Shown here in pieces: positions 53,920-63,437 of a DNA stretch of 64,000 nt. Both the position numbers and the translations under genes were made by a program. The DNA is taken from the IMG/VR virus record IMGVR_UViG_3300042401_001499; one strand, 5' to 3'. The notes beneath the pieces were generated by a model. It was not told where the DNA came from and did not search any database. It saw only the letters and a program-made list of their open reading frames with translations. The stretch comes from a virus. Lineage: Duplodnaviria > Heunggongvirae > Uroviricota > Caudoviricetes. How positions within the stretch are numbered: position 1 is the stretch's first letter; every line of letters starts with the position of its first letter.

Positions 53920-54156
53920 ATGGAAGATCAAGGTACATTATTAGAACAAGCATCATTTATATTCTCACAAGATGCTAATTGTCTATCAGACAGGGATGAG
54001 TATGAATCTTTAGAGATAGAAGCACGTTCAAGTATAGGAATTGATAGAGACGAGGATTGTTTCTTTATACTAAAAACAGACAAATGGTCAGTAGGTTCAA
54101 TAGAGGAACTAGAAACATTATTTGATAGAATAAGACAAGTAGTAATTAAAAAATAA
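53920..54156 (+). CDS. Hypothetical protein
   Basis: ORF after promoter 53871. Confidence 0.55.
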   Translation: MEDQGTLLEQASFIFSQDANCLSDRDEYESLEIEARSSIGIDRDEDCFFILKTDKWSVGSIEELETLFDRIRQVVIKK

Positions 54157-54161
54157 AGGTT

Positions 54162-54506
54162 ATGTTTAAAAGATTTTTCAAGTACACACCAACATCACAG
54201 GAGCAACAATTCATAGATATTGTTAACAAGTTATTAGTACATCCTAAAACATCCTTAAGGATGACACCTCTAACAGATAAGTATTTTCTTATCAATGAAC
54301 AGAAGCATTACTATATCTTACTTCAGAACACAGGTATTCAATTAACAAATTCAAAATTCTCATTTTGTAAGTCTTTGCATCCAAAAGCATATGATATGGT
54401 TATAGAAAATATCCATACACATATTGAAGCAAACAGACAAGCACTAGAGGATAAGTTATTTAGAAACGAAACAAATATGCTGGAGACAGTATTAAATAAT
54501 TTATAA
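54162..54506 (+). CDS. Hypothetical protein
   Basis: Intact ORF. Confidence 0.55.
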   Translation: MFKRFFKYTPTSQEQQFIDIVNKLLVHPKTSLRMTPLTDKYFLINEQKHYYILLQNTGIQLTNSKFSFCKSLHPKAYDMVIENIHTHIEANRQALEDKLFRNETNMLETVLNNL

Positions 54507-54745
54507 TGGAACTAAACCGTCATATAACACTATTTCTCCTTAAGAATGGATTTTTAAAAAAAACAGAAGGTGGTATCTATACTAACCCAAAATGTACTGT
54601 TACAGTTTTAGACGACTGTTATAAAATTAATTATGATCATCCAGAACATGGAGAAGTTTCAACATACACAGACTCTTGGTCAATCCCTCATTTAGTAGGA
54701 GTATTAACTTGGCACGATTTAATAGATAAAAATTATAATAAATGA
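54506..54745 (+). CDS. Hypothetical protein
   Basis: Coupled ORF. Confidence 0.5.
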   Translation: MELNRHITLFLLKNGFLKKTEGGIYTNPKCTVTVLDDCYKINYDHPEHGEVSTYTDSWSIPHLVGVLTWHDLIDKNYNK

Positions 54746-54960
54746 AACAATTCTTAGCATCAACCATTGTAAATGGTAATGAAATTAAATTAGTAAAAGA
54801 AAACAATGGATACTTTATCTATTGGGGAGAAGAAGGTAGAGCTAAGGCAAAACAAGAACTACTAACACCAAAAGGAAGAAAACCTTCACAAAACTCAGCA
54901 CATAAGAAATTCTTAGAGGCAGTAGAGTCAACACGATATTTAAAATTTAGTAAACTATAA
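54742..54960 (+). CDS. Hypothetical protein
   Basis: Coupled ORF. Confidence 0.5.
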   Translation: MKQFLASTIVNGNEIKLVKENNGYFIYWGEEGRAKAKQELLTPKGRKPSQNSAHKKFLEAVESTRYLKFSKL

Positions 54961-55145
54961 TGGCAGCACTAACAGACAACAAGTACGACGTATACAATTG
55001 GATTAAAAAAGTAATTGATTCTTGTACAACATATTTCCACTTCATTAGAGCATACAACCTTATAAATAACTTTAACGACAGATACCAGGATTGGGAGATG
55101 TCAGGAAGCTTACGAAACTATTTACATGATAAACAATTTAGATAA
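54960..55145 (+). CDS. Hypothetical protein
   Basis: Coupled ORF. Confidence 0.5.
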   Translation: MAALTDNKYDVYNWIKKVIDSCTTYFHFIRAYNLINNFNDRYQDWEMSGSLRNYLHDKQFR

Positions 55146-55146
55146 A

Positions 55147-55341
55147 ATGGGAGGATTATTTGATATGATGGATGATGCCATCGTACAGGAATTAGGAGTT
55201 GATCTTTATACTTACATTAAAATAATAGATCATAAATGTACTGAAGAAGAAGCAAACTTTATTATTCTGACTATAATGGAAGAAGATGTTGATAATCTAG
55301 AAAAAGCAAAAGAAATGTTTAATAAGTATTTAGATGAATAA
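55147..55341 (+). CDS. Small acidic hypothetical protein
   Basis: Coupled ORF. Confidence 0.5.
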   Translation: MGGLFDMMDDAIVQELGVDLYTYIKIIDHKCTEEEANFIILTIMEEDVDNLEKAKEMFNKYLDE

Positions 55342-56614
55342 ACTAGATAAACAATACACAGACCTTCTTCAAGACATTCTTGACAACGGAGTAAAGAAAC
55401 AAGACAGAACAGGTACAGGAACAATCTCAGTATTCGGAAGACAAATACGTCACGATATGAAAGATGGTTTTCCACTTCTGACTACCAAAAAGATGCCATT
55501 CAAAACAATAGTAACAGAACTACTTTGGTTCTTACGAGGTGATACAAATATCAAATGGTTAATTGAAAATGATTGCCATATTTGGACAGGAGATGCTAAA
55601 AAGAGATATGATGAAAGTTATTCAGAGTACTGGACAGCAGGAAACAATTCACCAAAGTTTGTTAATATCTCTACTAAGGAATTTGAAAAACGAATTATAA
55701 ATAGTGATGAGTTTGCTAGGAAGTGGGGTGATTTAGGTCCAATTTATGGTAAGCAATGGAGAAGTTGGGAAAATATTCAAACACAAGACTATACAATGTC
55801 AAGTGGATTAAATTCAGTCCGTAATGTAAAAACTCAAATAGACCAAATCCAAAATCTAATCAACAACCTTAAAACAAATCCAGACTCAAGACGATTAATG
55901 GTTAATGCTTGGAATGTTGGAGAATTAGACCAAATGGTTCTTCCACCTTGTCATTATGGATTTCAAGTTTATACAAGAGAGTTGAGTAGAGAGGAGCGAT
56001 ACAACTTAACGCCTTCCACAACAGGACACTCAGAAAAAAATATAGAGACTAGAAAGAAAATAAATAATTGTAAAGGTAATATTCCTGGAGTATCGTATCA
56101 CGAGGAATGGTTGGACAGTTTTAATATTCCAACCAGAGCAATCTCTTTAATGTGGAATCAACGTTCAGTAGATACATTCTTAGGTTTACCATTCAACATT
56201 GCTTCTTATGGATTGTTATTAGAGATACTAGCAAAAGAAGTTAATATGGTTCCTGATGAGTTGATTGGAAATCTTGGAGATGTTCATTTGTATTCAAATC
56301 ATATTGAACAAGCAAAAGAGCAAATTGGAAGAGATTTAAAATTCCCAGAAAGGGCAGAAATGTTAAAAGATAAAATGGGTGAGGAGCAATACAATAAAGT
56401 AGTTGATGAATTAATGCCATTTGGTGGAGGTATGAGTGAGTATTTTGAAACTTATAACATTCCATACAGTACTAGTAAACCTTTTCCATTACCGACACTA
56501 AAATTTAATCCTTGTCCTATAACAGGAATTGATATGGAGTATCAAAGCATAGCTCAATTTGAAATAGAGAACTATCAATCACATCCAGCAATTAAAGCAC
56601 CTCTTTCAAATTAA
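55334..56614 (+). CDS. thyA: Thymidylate synthase with three in-frame insertions
   Basis: DRTGTGT; FPLLTTKK; ELLWFLRG; LGPIYGKQWR; PDSRR; LPPCH; QRSVD; PFNIASY; YQSHPAIKAPLS. Confidence 0.95.
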   Translation: MNKLDKQYTDLLQDILDNGVKKQDRTGTGTISVFGRQIRHDMKDGFPLLTTKKMPFKTIVTELLWFLRGDTNIKWLIENDCHIWTGDAKKRYDESYSEYWTAGNNSPKFVNISTKEFEKRIINSDEFARKWGDLGPIYGKQWRSWENIQTQDYTMSSGLNSVRNVKTQIDQIQNLINNLKTNPDSRRLMVNAWNVGELDQMVLPPCHYGFQVYTRELSREERYNLTPSTTGHSEKNIETRKKINNCKGNIPGVSYHEEWLDSFNIPTRAISLMWNQRSVDTFLGLPFNIASYGLLLEILAKEVNMVPDELIGNLGDVHLYSNHIEQAKEQIGRDLKFPERAEMLKDKMGEEQYNKVVDELMPFGGGMSEYFETYNIPYSTSKPFPLPTLKFNPCPITGIDMEYQSIAQFEIENYQSHPAIKAPLSN

Positions 56615-56639
56615 TATCTATTTATTAGAAAATACTTAA

Positions 56640-57743
56640 ATGGCAACATATACAGCAGCACAAATGTATGGAACAGGATCTCAGGGTGAAACAATCACAG
56701 GAGCTACTTTATTTACATTTATCAATCCAGGACCTTCCTCATACTTTACATTTGAAACAATTCCAAATAGAACTGGAAGCTTTGTAGGTAAGCCAACATG
56801 TGCACAAGGGGCTTGGTTACCATCAACTCCGTACATGGGAGTTATTTCATCATCATATGTAGCATCAGCAGTAGTACAGCCAGGAACATCTTCAGTCTAT
56901 TTTAATCCTTCCTCATCAGTTGCAGGAACTGATTACAATTTTAGAGGTACAGGAACTTTTACGATGACCACTTTTAATCCTTCTGGATCTTTATTTGCAG
57001 CAGGAGAAAAAGGAGTTTGGTTTGATGCAGGAGATTTATCAACACTATTTCAAGATGTAGCAGGAACTATTCCTGTAACAGCAGTAGGTCAATTTGTAGG
57101 TAAGTGGTTAGATAAATCAGGTAATGGAAAACATGCTGTAGCATCAGCAAATGATACTACTCGACCAAAATATCAAATAGATGATGAAGGAAATCCAAAC
57201 GTAACCTTCACTAGAGCAGCAACCACTCAACTGGTTACTCCTTCAATTGACTTTACAGGAACAGCTCAAATGACAGTTTGTGCAGGATTACACGTATTAG
57301 AATCAGGTTCTGCAGGAGTCGCACTTGAACTAGGAACATCTGTTGCTACAGTCAATGGAACTTTTTCAATTGGTGCTCCAAGTTCAACAGCAGACCATAG
57401 TATAAATTTAAGAGGAACCTCGACAGTAAATGCAAGAGTAGCCAATGTAGTAGACGGTGATGACATCATTACTGGCTTATTTGATCTATCTCAAGCTACA
57501 AGAGTTCTTCAAGTTATTCCTCGCTTGAATTATATACAAATCCCAGATGCTCAAATTACATGGACAGGTACTACAGCAGGTGGAGGAAATTTTAGTAACT
57601 TACCTTTGTACATAGGTTCAGAAGGTGCATCAAAAACACTTCCGTTTGGAGGAAAAATATATCAAATTATAGTTAGAGGAGTCTTATCAACAGCAACTCA
57701 GGTCTACCAAATAGAAACATTTACAGATTCTAAATTAGATTAA
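56640..57743 (+). CDS. Probable virion/lectin-like protein (LamG/concanavalin-type C-terminal domain)
   Basis: GVWFDAGDLSTLFQD...VGKWLDKSGNGKHA...RP motif; TATTTAT at 56619. Confidence 0.65.
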   Translation: MATYTAAQMYGTGSQGETITGATLFTFINPGPSSYFTFETIPNRTGSFVGKPTCAQGAWLPSTPYMGVISSSYVASAVVQPGTSSVYFNPSSSVAGTDYNFRGTGTFTMTTFNPSGSLFAAGEKGVWFDAGDLSTLFQDVAGTIPVTAVGQFVGKWLDKSGNGKHAVASANDTTRPKYQIDDEGNPNVTFTRAATTQLVTPSIDFTGTAQMTVCAGLHVLESGSAGVALELGTSVATVNGTFSIGAPSSTADHSINLRGTSTVNARVANVVDGDDIITGLFDLSQATRVLQVIPRLNYIQIPDAQITWTGTTAGGGNFSNLPLYIGSEGASKTLPFGGKIYQIIVRGVLSTATQVYQIETFTDSKLD

Positions 57744-57821
57744 AAATATTATTAAAAATAATTAAAGAAAAGCTTGCTTCGGTAAGCTTTTTTTCGTATA
57801 TTATAATATCAAATAAGAGTT

Positions 57822-58136
57822 ATGAAAGCACAAAAGCTAAAAGTAAGAAAGATAATAAGAGAATACAAAGCAGCTACCACAAAAGAAATTTGGGAAGGAG
57901 TAAGAGACAATTTTACTTTTGGATTCATAGGAGCAACTCTAGTAGTCTTCATAGCTACAAGAGCCGATATGGCAGTACTATTAGGATATCTAATATACTA
58001 TAACTTTATGGGCACAATTGTTAACAGACCAAAATACGTAACAGACCTAGGAAAGCTAATAGTATTCCCAATACCTTCAGCACTTGGAGCATTTGCAGGA
58101 TATAAACTATCATACATCTTACTACAGTACATATGA
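57822..58136 (+). CDS. Membrane protein
   Basis: Three hydrophobic segments. Confidence 0.6.
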   Translation: MKAQKLKVRKIIREYKAATTKEIWEGVRDNFTFGFIGATLVVFIATRADMAVLLGYLIYYNFMGTIVNRPKYVTDLGKLIVFPIPSALGAFAGYKLSYILLQYI

Positions 58137-58471
58137 ATTTTATAACAGGACTACTGTACGGTATATTAGCACAAATATTTACATTCATACAATTGCAAGG
58201 ACAGTTTAGATGGGAATGGGCTAAGTCTCATCCATTTATGATGTCACTTATGGGTATACCTTTATCTCTCCTATACTTAGGATCAGTCAAACATATGGTA
58301 GCACATTTTGATGGACAGCTTTGGCCATCACGTCTTCTAGGCTTTGCAATAGGGGCAATAGTTTTTACAGCAATGTCTTGGATGTGGTTCAAAGAACCAA
58401 TGACTTTAAAAACTTTAATCTGCCTGGGGTTAGCACTTTGTATAATGGGCATACAATTATTTTGGAAATGA
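58133..58471 (+). CDS. Four-helix membrane protein (DMT/SMR-like size)
   Basis: Four hydrophobic segments; WFKEPMTLKTLICL resembles DMT-family loop. Confidence 0.55.
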   Translation: MNFITGLLYGILAQIFTFIQLQGQFRWEWAKSHPFMMSLMGIPLSLLYLGSVKHMVAHFDGQLWPSRLLGFAIGAIVFTAMSWMWFKEPMTLKTLICLGLALCIMGIQLFWK

Positions 58472-58770
58472 AAAACTTAGAAACATGTCATCACTGCGGT
58501 GAAGAAAAAGAGGATTGTTATCACGGATTTATAGCAATGTGTCTTCCAATTCCTGAAGCAGAAGCTAAGATTGAGAAGTGGGGAAGAAAAGATTGGTGGA
58601 AGAATCTAGAAAGAATAGATCTTACTCAGGATGAAATGTTAGAACTTGATAACCTTTCTTACTACGATCAACTGTTAAATACAGTTGGAAAAGGAGTTCA
58701 GTGCAATGACTGCGGAAAGAAAGAAGCAGAGCTATATAAAAAATATTATCCAGAAAATTTGGAATCTTAA
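58468..58770 (+). CDS. Hypothetical Zn-binding protein
   Basis: CHHC...C and CNDC motifs. Confidence 0.5.
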   Translation: MKNLETCHHCGEEKEDCYHGFIAMCLPIPEAEAKIEKWGRKDWWKNLERIDLTQDEMLELDNLSYYDQLLNTVGKGVQCNDCGKKEAELYKKYYPENLES

Positions 58771-58793
58771 AATAAATTTCGTATATTAATGCT

Positions 58794-58967
58794 ATGAGAC
58801 AATTAAATAATCACATCAAAGAAGTTATGGAAATAACTCCTACTAAGAAATCAACTGCACCTAAGAAGGTAAAAGTGAAAACAGACTACACTAAATCCAT
58901 TGTTTGGATTAGTGCAGGAGCAATCACAGTATTGCTATGGACAATAATTTACAACTTAATATTTTAA
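58794..58967 (+). CDS. Small membrane protein (57 aa)
   Basis: Basic N-terminus, C-terminal hydrophobic helix; after promoter 58759. Confidence 0.5.
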   Translation: MRQLNNHIKEVMEITPTKKSTAPKKVKVKTDYTKSIVWISAGAITVLLWTIIYNLIF

Positions 58968-58968
58968 T

Positions 58969-59430
58969 ATGAAATTTCAATCAACAAAAGTATTTGATGG
59001 ATACTCTACAGTATTTCGTCAATGGAGAGCAGAAGGTACTCATTGTAGTTTTCTTCACGGTTATGGCATTTCTTTCAAAATTATATTTGAAGGAGACCTA
59101 GACGAAAGAAACTGGGTGTGGGACTTTGGAGGAATGAAAAGAGCTAAGAACACTATTGATGGTATGGCTCCTAAAGCATGGATGGACTATATGTTCGATC
59201 ATACATATATCATTGCATTAGATGATCCTTTTCTATATAAAGCACATGCAATGCACGACGAAGGTATAGCTCAAGTCCGGGTAGTTCCAGCTACAGGAGC
59301 AGAACAATTTGCAAAATTTATTTATGATAAAGTATCTGAGTTTATTAAAATTGAGACAAATAATAGAGTAAGAGTAGAGAGTGTAGAATTTAAAGAACAT
59401 AGTAAAAACTCAGCAATATATGGAGAGTAA
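58969..59430 (+). CDS. queD: 6-carboxytetrahydropterin synthase
   Basis: THCSFLHGY; WVWDFGG; FDHT; TGAEQFA; EFKEH. Confidence 0.9.
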   Translation: MKFQSTKVFDGYSTVFRQWRAEGTHCSFLHGYGISFKIIFEGDLDERNWVWDFGGMKRAKNTIDGMAPKAWMDYMFDHTYIIALDDPFLYKAHAMHDEGIAQVRVVPATGAEQFAKFIYDKVSEFIKIETNNRVRVESVEFKEHSKNSAIYGE

Positions 59431-60205
59431 ATTGAAAAGAATAGAAGATTATAACAAAACACTTCCCATTGTAGAGCTTTATACAGCAGTGCAATCAGAA
59501 GGAAGTAGAGCAGGCTATCCAACGGTAGTAATCAGAACAACAGGCTGTACTCACAGATGTTGGTTTGGTGATGGTGGATGGTGCGACAGTTGGTACACCA
59601 GTATTCATCCTGAAAAAGGACATATTAGTTTCCAAGACATCATAAACATGTATGATGCAAATCCTCACATCACAGAGATGATGTTAACAGGAGGATCACC
59701 TACAATGCATCCAGCATTAGTAAACGAATTAACACATTTTGCACATGAAAGAAATATTTTCATTACGATTGAGACCGAAGGAAGTCATTTTCTTGAAACG
59801 GATTACCCAATTAATCTATTATCAATCTCCCCTAAGTTTTCTAACTCTGTCCCTAAGGTTGGTATTCTTACACCTCAAGGAGATGTGGTTGACGATAAAA
59901 TGGTTAAGCAACACAACAAATTAAGACTTAACTTTGATGCAATGTCTAAATCAATTTCATATCATTCTGACTATCATTTAAAGCCAGTATGGGATGGAGA
60001 GGATCAAGAAGCATTGAAAGAGATATTAGGATTAATAAAAGTTCTAGATATACCTCAGGACAAAGTCTGGTTCATGCCAGCAGGAGATTCAAGAGAGGCT
60101 TTATTCAAATCATATCCAAAAATGTTTGATTGGGTGAGAGATAATGGTTATAGATTAACCTGGAGACCTCACATCATTGCATTTGAAGACCAAAGAGAAG
60201 TATAA
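59420..60205 (+). CDS. queE: 7-carboxy-7-deazaguanine synthase (radical SAM)
   Basis: ELYTAVQSEG; RTTGCTHRCWFGDGGWCDS; LTGGSP; IETEGS; ISPK; WRPH. Confidence 0.9.
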   Translation: MESKLKRIEDYNKTLPIVELYTAVQSEGSRAGYPTVVIRTTGCTHRCWFGDGGWCDSWYTSIHPEKGHISFQDIINMYDANPHITEMMLTGGSPTMHPALVNELTHFAHERNIFITIETEGSHFLETDYPINLLSISPKFSNSVPKVGILTPQGDVVDDKMVKQHNKLRLNFDAMSKSISYHSDYHLKPVWDGEDQEALKEILGLIKVLDIPQDKVWFMPAGDSREALFKSYPKMFDWVRDNGYRLTWRPHIIAFEDQREV

Positions 60206-60206
60206 C

Positions 60207-60392
60207 ATGAGACCAGCAACTACAGTAGAAACATTGTACACTCTTCATACACTATGGAGAAAGGGACAGATACAAACAGCACAGGTAAAGCATTTAATTA
60301 AAACTAGCTGCTTCCTAGAACTAACAAGCATAACAAACGGAGGCATCACAGCCGAATCCATAGACGGTAAAACTAAATATTCAATTAAATAA
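60207..60392 (+). CDS. Hypothetical protein
   Basis: Intact small ORF. Confidence 0.45.
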   Translation: MRPATTVETLYTLHTLWRKGQIQTAQVKHLIKTSCFLELTSITNGGITAESIDGKTKYSIK

Positions 60393-60398
60393 ACAAAA

Positions 60399-60692
60399 AT
60401 GACGTTACAGGAACTAATTACTTTAGCAGGAGATAGAGATCTATCAAAATCATATCCAAAAGCAGATGGCCTTTACATCTGGGATTATAAATTACAATTC
60501 AATCAGGACTTTGAATTAGACTTAGTACTAATACCAAGCGATTCAGGAAAGACAGGATTCAAAGACAAAGTGTCAATTCAGGAGTTGGTAACCTATACAT
60601 TAGGTGAACACAGTCAGGAACTCTCATCAGAACAAATATTATCGGAATTACAAATTGTAGGTGTTGAAGGTATAACAGTAGCAAAAGTATAA
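60399..60692 (+). CDS. Hypothetical protein
   Basis: Intact ORF. Confidence 0.5.
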   Translation: MTLQELITLAGDRDLSKSYPKADGLYIWDYKLQFNQDFELDLVLIPSDSGKTGFKDKVSIQELVTYTLGEHSQELSSEQILSELQIVGVEGITVAKV

Positions 60693-60693
60693 C

Positions 60694-61272
60694 ATGAAAA
60701 AGTTTTTATTATTACTTTTACTTCCGCTAATAGGCTTTGGACAACTAAGAGATAGCATTTACGTAAAGACAGACATCTACGAAGTAATGTACTCTGAAAC
60801 ATTGGAACAACCATTATGGGTAAAGTATACAGTGGCTTGTACCGGAGCAGGAGCATCTAGAAAAGGAATGGACTTTTATACAGATAAAACAATCCATACC
60901 TCAGATGCAAAAGATTATGCATTCAATGTTTACGATAAAGGACATTGTGCACCTGCAGCAGATTTTAATTGTACTAGAGAGATGTTATTTAAAACATTCT
61001 CATATTTGAACTGCACCCTTCAGAACGAAAGATTAAACAGAGTGCATTGGAGATTGTTGGAAGATTATGAAAGATTACTAGCATATACCGAAGGACCAGT
61101 CAATGTTGAAATAAAAATAGTATTTGACAAAAGTCCCAAGAGAGTACCTGCAGGTGCAGCTATCCCTACCGCTTTCTATAAAATTATTAAAACAAAGAAT
61201 AAGTCACTTAAGTTTTTCTTTAAGAATGAACAACCAACCAAGCCGACGTTTGTCGACTATCAAATCAAATAG
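60694..61272 (+). CDS. Exported DNA/RNA non-specific endonuclease (NucA-like)
   Basis: Signal peptide GFGQ; YDKGHCAPAAD; TFSYLNCTLQ..LNR..W..LE; IPTAFYKI. Confidence 0.88.
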   Translation: MKKFLLLLLLPLIGFGQLRDSIYVKTDIYEVMYSETLEQPLWVKYTVACTGAGASRKGMDFYTDKTIHTSDAKDYAFNVYDKGHCAPAADFNCTREMLFKTFSYLNCTLQNERLNRVHWRLLEDYERLLAYTEGPVNVEIKIVFDKSPKRVPAGAAIPTAFYKIIKTKNKSLKFFFKNEQPTKPTFVDYQIK

Positions 61273-61274
61273 TT

Positions 61275-61670
61275 ATGGCATTAAAAATAGGAAATAAGAT
61301 ATTCATAAGCTGGGATGATATGAACATCCTAGTTGATGAACTCTGCAGTACGATTTCAAAATCAGGAGCAGAAATTAAATCAATTACAGGAATTGAAAGA
61401 GGAGGATTAATACCAGCGGTAATGATCTCACATAAGCTAAACATTCCTTATGTAACGAAAATCAATAAGTATACTCTTGTTGTAGATGATATTTGTGATA
61501 CCGGAGAGACGTTAAAAAAGACTGTAGCAGGTTTTACAGCAACACTTCATTATAAGAAGACAGCAATCTTTACACCGGACTTCTATTCAAAAGAAGTAGG
61601 AACAGAGTGGATTGTTTACCCTTGGGAAAGAAATGACTCAGAAACTATTCAAGATTATTTGAAAAAATAG
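61275..61670 (+). CDS. Type I phosphoribosyltransferase (purine PRT-like)
   Basis: GIERGGLIPA; LVVDDICDTGETL PRPP motif; WIVYPWE. Confidence 0.9.
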   Translation: MALKIGNKIFISWDDMNILVDELCSTISKSGAEIKSITGIERGGLIPAVMISHKLNIPYVTKINKYTLVVDDICDTGETLKKTVAGFTATLHYKKTAIFTPDFYSKEVGTEWIVYPWERNDSETIQDYLKK

Positions 61671-61741
61671 TTGTAGGATAGAATAAAAAATGTTATATTA
61701 AATAAAACGGAGTCGTAGAACCTCCATAAAAACAATCTTAT

Positions 61742-62452
61742 ATGTCAAATAAAAAATTTATCGACGGTACAGAATTAGTACAAGCCGGATTCGCTAATGG
61801 TATTTCATCTCAATTAGCTAAAAAACAATTAACAGATGGTCCAGAGGCAAGACTAACTGAAGTAGAAAAGCAACACATAATCGAAGATGCAGCAGAAGCA
61901 TTTGGTAACTTCTTAACAGCTTTAGGTACTGATTGGAAGAATGATCCAAATTCATCTGATACTCCAAAGAGAGTTGCAAAGGCTTATGTAAATGATCTAT
62001 GGGCAGGAAGGTATGCACCACTTACTCAAATCACAGCATTTCCTTCAGATGGATATGATGGAATAGTTCAAGAGAGTAACATACCAGTTACTTCAATGTG
62101 TTCACATCACCACCAAACAATCTCCGGAGAGGTAAGCATAGCTTATATTCCCTCTAAAGATGGAAAGGTAGTTGGGCTTTCAAAACTAAATAGAATTGTA
62201 GAGCAGTTTGCTAGACGTGGAGCAATCCAAGAACAGTTAACAGTTGCAATTCATAATGCAGTAGATAAAATCTGTGAAGGGAATCTAGGAGTAGCAGTAG
62301 CAATCTCAGCAACACATAACTGCGTATCATGTAGAGGAATTAAACATCAAGGAGCTTCAATGCAAACAGCAAAGCTAACAGGATGTTTCTTAGAAGAAGA
62401 TTCAGCAAGAGCAGAATTCTATTCAAATATTAAACTCGGAAAAAATAACTAA
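61742..62452 (+). CDS. folE: GTP cyclohydrolase I
   Basis: DTPKRVAK; SMCSHH; GLSKLNRIV; IQEQLT; HNCVSCRG. Confidence 0.95.
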   Translation: MSNKKFIDGTELVQAGFANGISSQLAKKQLTDGPEARLTEVEKQHIIEDAAEAFGNFLTALGTDWKNDPNSSDTPKRVAKAYVNDLWAGRYAPLTQITAFPSDGYDGIVQESNIPVTSMCSHHHQTISGEVSIAYIPSKDGKVVGLSKLNRIVEQFARRGAIQEQLTVAIHNAVDKICEGNLGVAVAISATHNCVSCRGIKHQGASMQTAKLTGCFLEEDSARAEFYSNIKLGKNN

Positions 62453-62463
62453 AATCAAACAAA

Positions 62464-62661
62464 ATGGATTATTGGCAAGTAACAGTGCAATTGGAGCACG
62501 AAAACGACAGAGGTCGTATTCAGAAAGTAAGAGAACTTTATTTAGTAGATGCAATTTCAGCAACAGAAGCTGAAGCTAAAATCTATGTAGAGTTCGAAGG
62601 AGAGTCTAACTTCACAGTAGTAGGAGTTAATCAATCTAAAATATTAAAAGTATTGGAATAA
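62464..62661 (+). CDS. DUF4494-like protein
   Basis: KVRELYLVDAISATEAEA motif. Confidence 0.65.
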   Translation: MDYWQVTVQLEHENDRGRIQKVRELYLVDAISATEAEAKIYVEFEGESNFTVVGVNQSKILKVLE

Positions 62662-62713
62662 AAAGTTGGACCTTCGGGTCCAATTTCTTATATTAATAAA
62701 AAAGTAAAAAGTT

Positions 62714-63238
62714 ATGATAACAGATCCAAAAGTACCTTTTATTGATGAGGTAGAAGAGTTTAATGCCGTAATGGGCAAACCTAACAACTATGAACCAACT
62801 ATCCCCGAAAGAAAAGAATGGGAGTTTGTATACAATTTCATCCTTGAGGAATTGGAAGAATATAGAGAAGCTTGCGAAAGAGGAGACATCGTTGAGGTTT
62901 TGGATGCTTTGTGCGATATTGCTTATGTTTCCCTTGGGAACGGTACTATGTTACATGGCCTTAAGGATAAGATATGGCCAGCATATCAAGAAGTACAGGC
63001 ATCAAATATGTCTAAAGCTTGCAAAACAGAAGACGAAGCTTTACAGACTGTCATTAAGAGAGCGCTCGAACAGAATGAAGCATGTCATCATGAAAAAGTT
63101 GGAGACTATTATATCGTCTATAGAACAAGAGATAGAAAAGTAATGAAGAACGTTAACTATTTCCGTCCGGACTTAAAACAATTCTTTACAGATAAAGAAC
63201 TTCAGAAGTCATATTTAAAACAACTAACAGGAGAGTAG
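62714..63238 (+). CDS. MazG-like nucleoside triphosphate pyrophosphohydrolase
   Basis: FILEELEEY; EVLDALCDIAYV; EVQASNMSK. Confidence 0.85.
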   Translation: MITDPKVPFIDEVEEFNAVMGKPNNYEPTIPERKEWEFVYNFILEELEEYREACERGDIVEVLDALCDIAYVSLGNGTMLHGLKDKIWPAYQEVQASNMSKACKTEDEALQTVIKRALEQNEACHHEKVGDYYIVYRTRDRKVMKNVNYFRPDLKQFFTDKELQKSYLKQLTGE

Positions 63239-63239
63239 T

Positions 63240-63437
63240 ATGCAAAAAGCATTAGACCATTTAGAGAAGCATAAAGTCTTTATTGAGACTTTAGGAACAG
63301 ATATGATACCTTTATCGGAAGCTTACAAGGCAGTGGAGTTATCAATCGATGAACAATTACAGGACACTTTATCTTTACTACAGGAACAACTCGGAGGATT
63401 GACAGAAGAACTAGAAATACCAGAAGAAAATGATTAA
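63240..63437 (+). CDS. Hypothetical protein
   Basis: Coupled acidic ORF. Confidence 0.5.
   Translation: MQKALDHLEKHKVFIETLGTDMIPLSEAYKAVELSIDEQLQDTLSLLQEQLGGLTEELEIPEEND

Noticed and set aside
55334-56614. Group I intron or intein in thyA
   Set aside because: Insertions are short, in frame, stop-free and lack intein termini (Cys start, His-Asn end)
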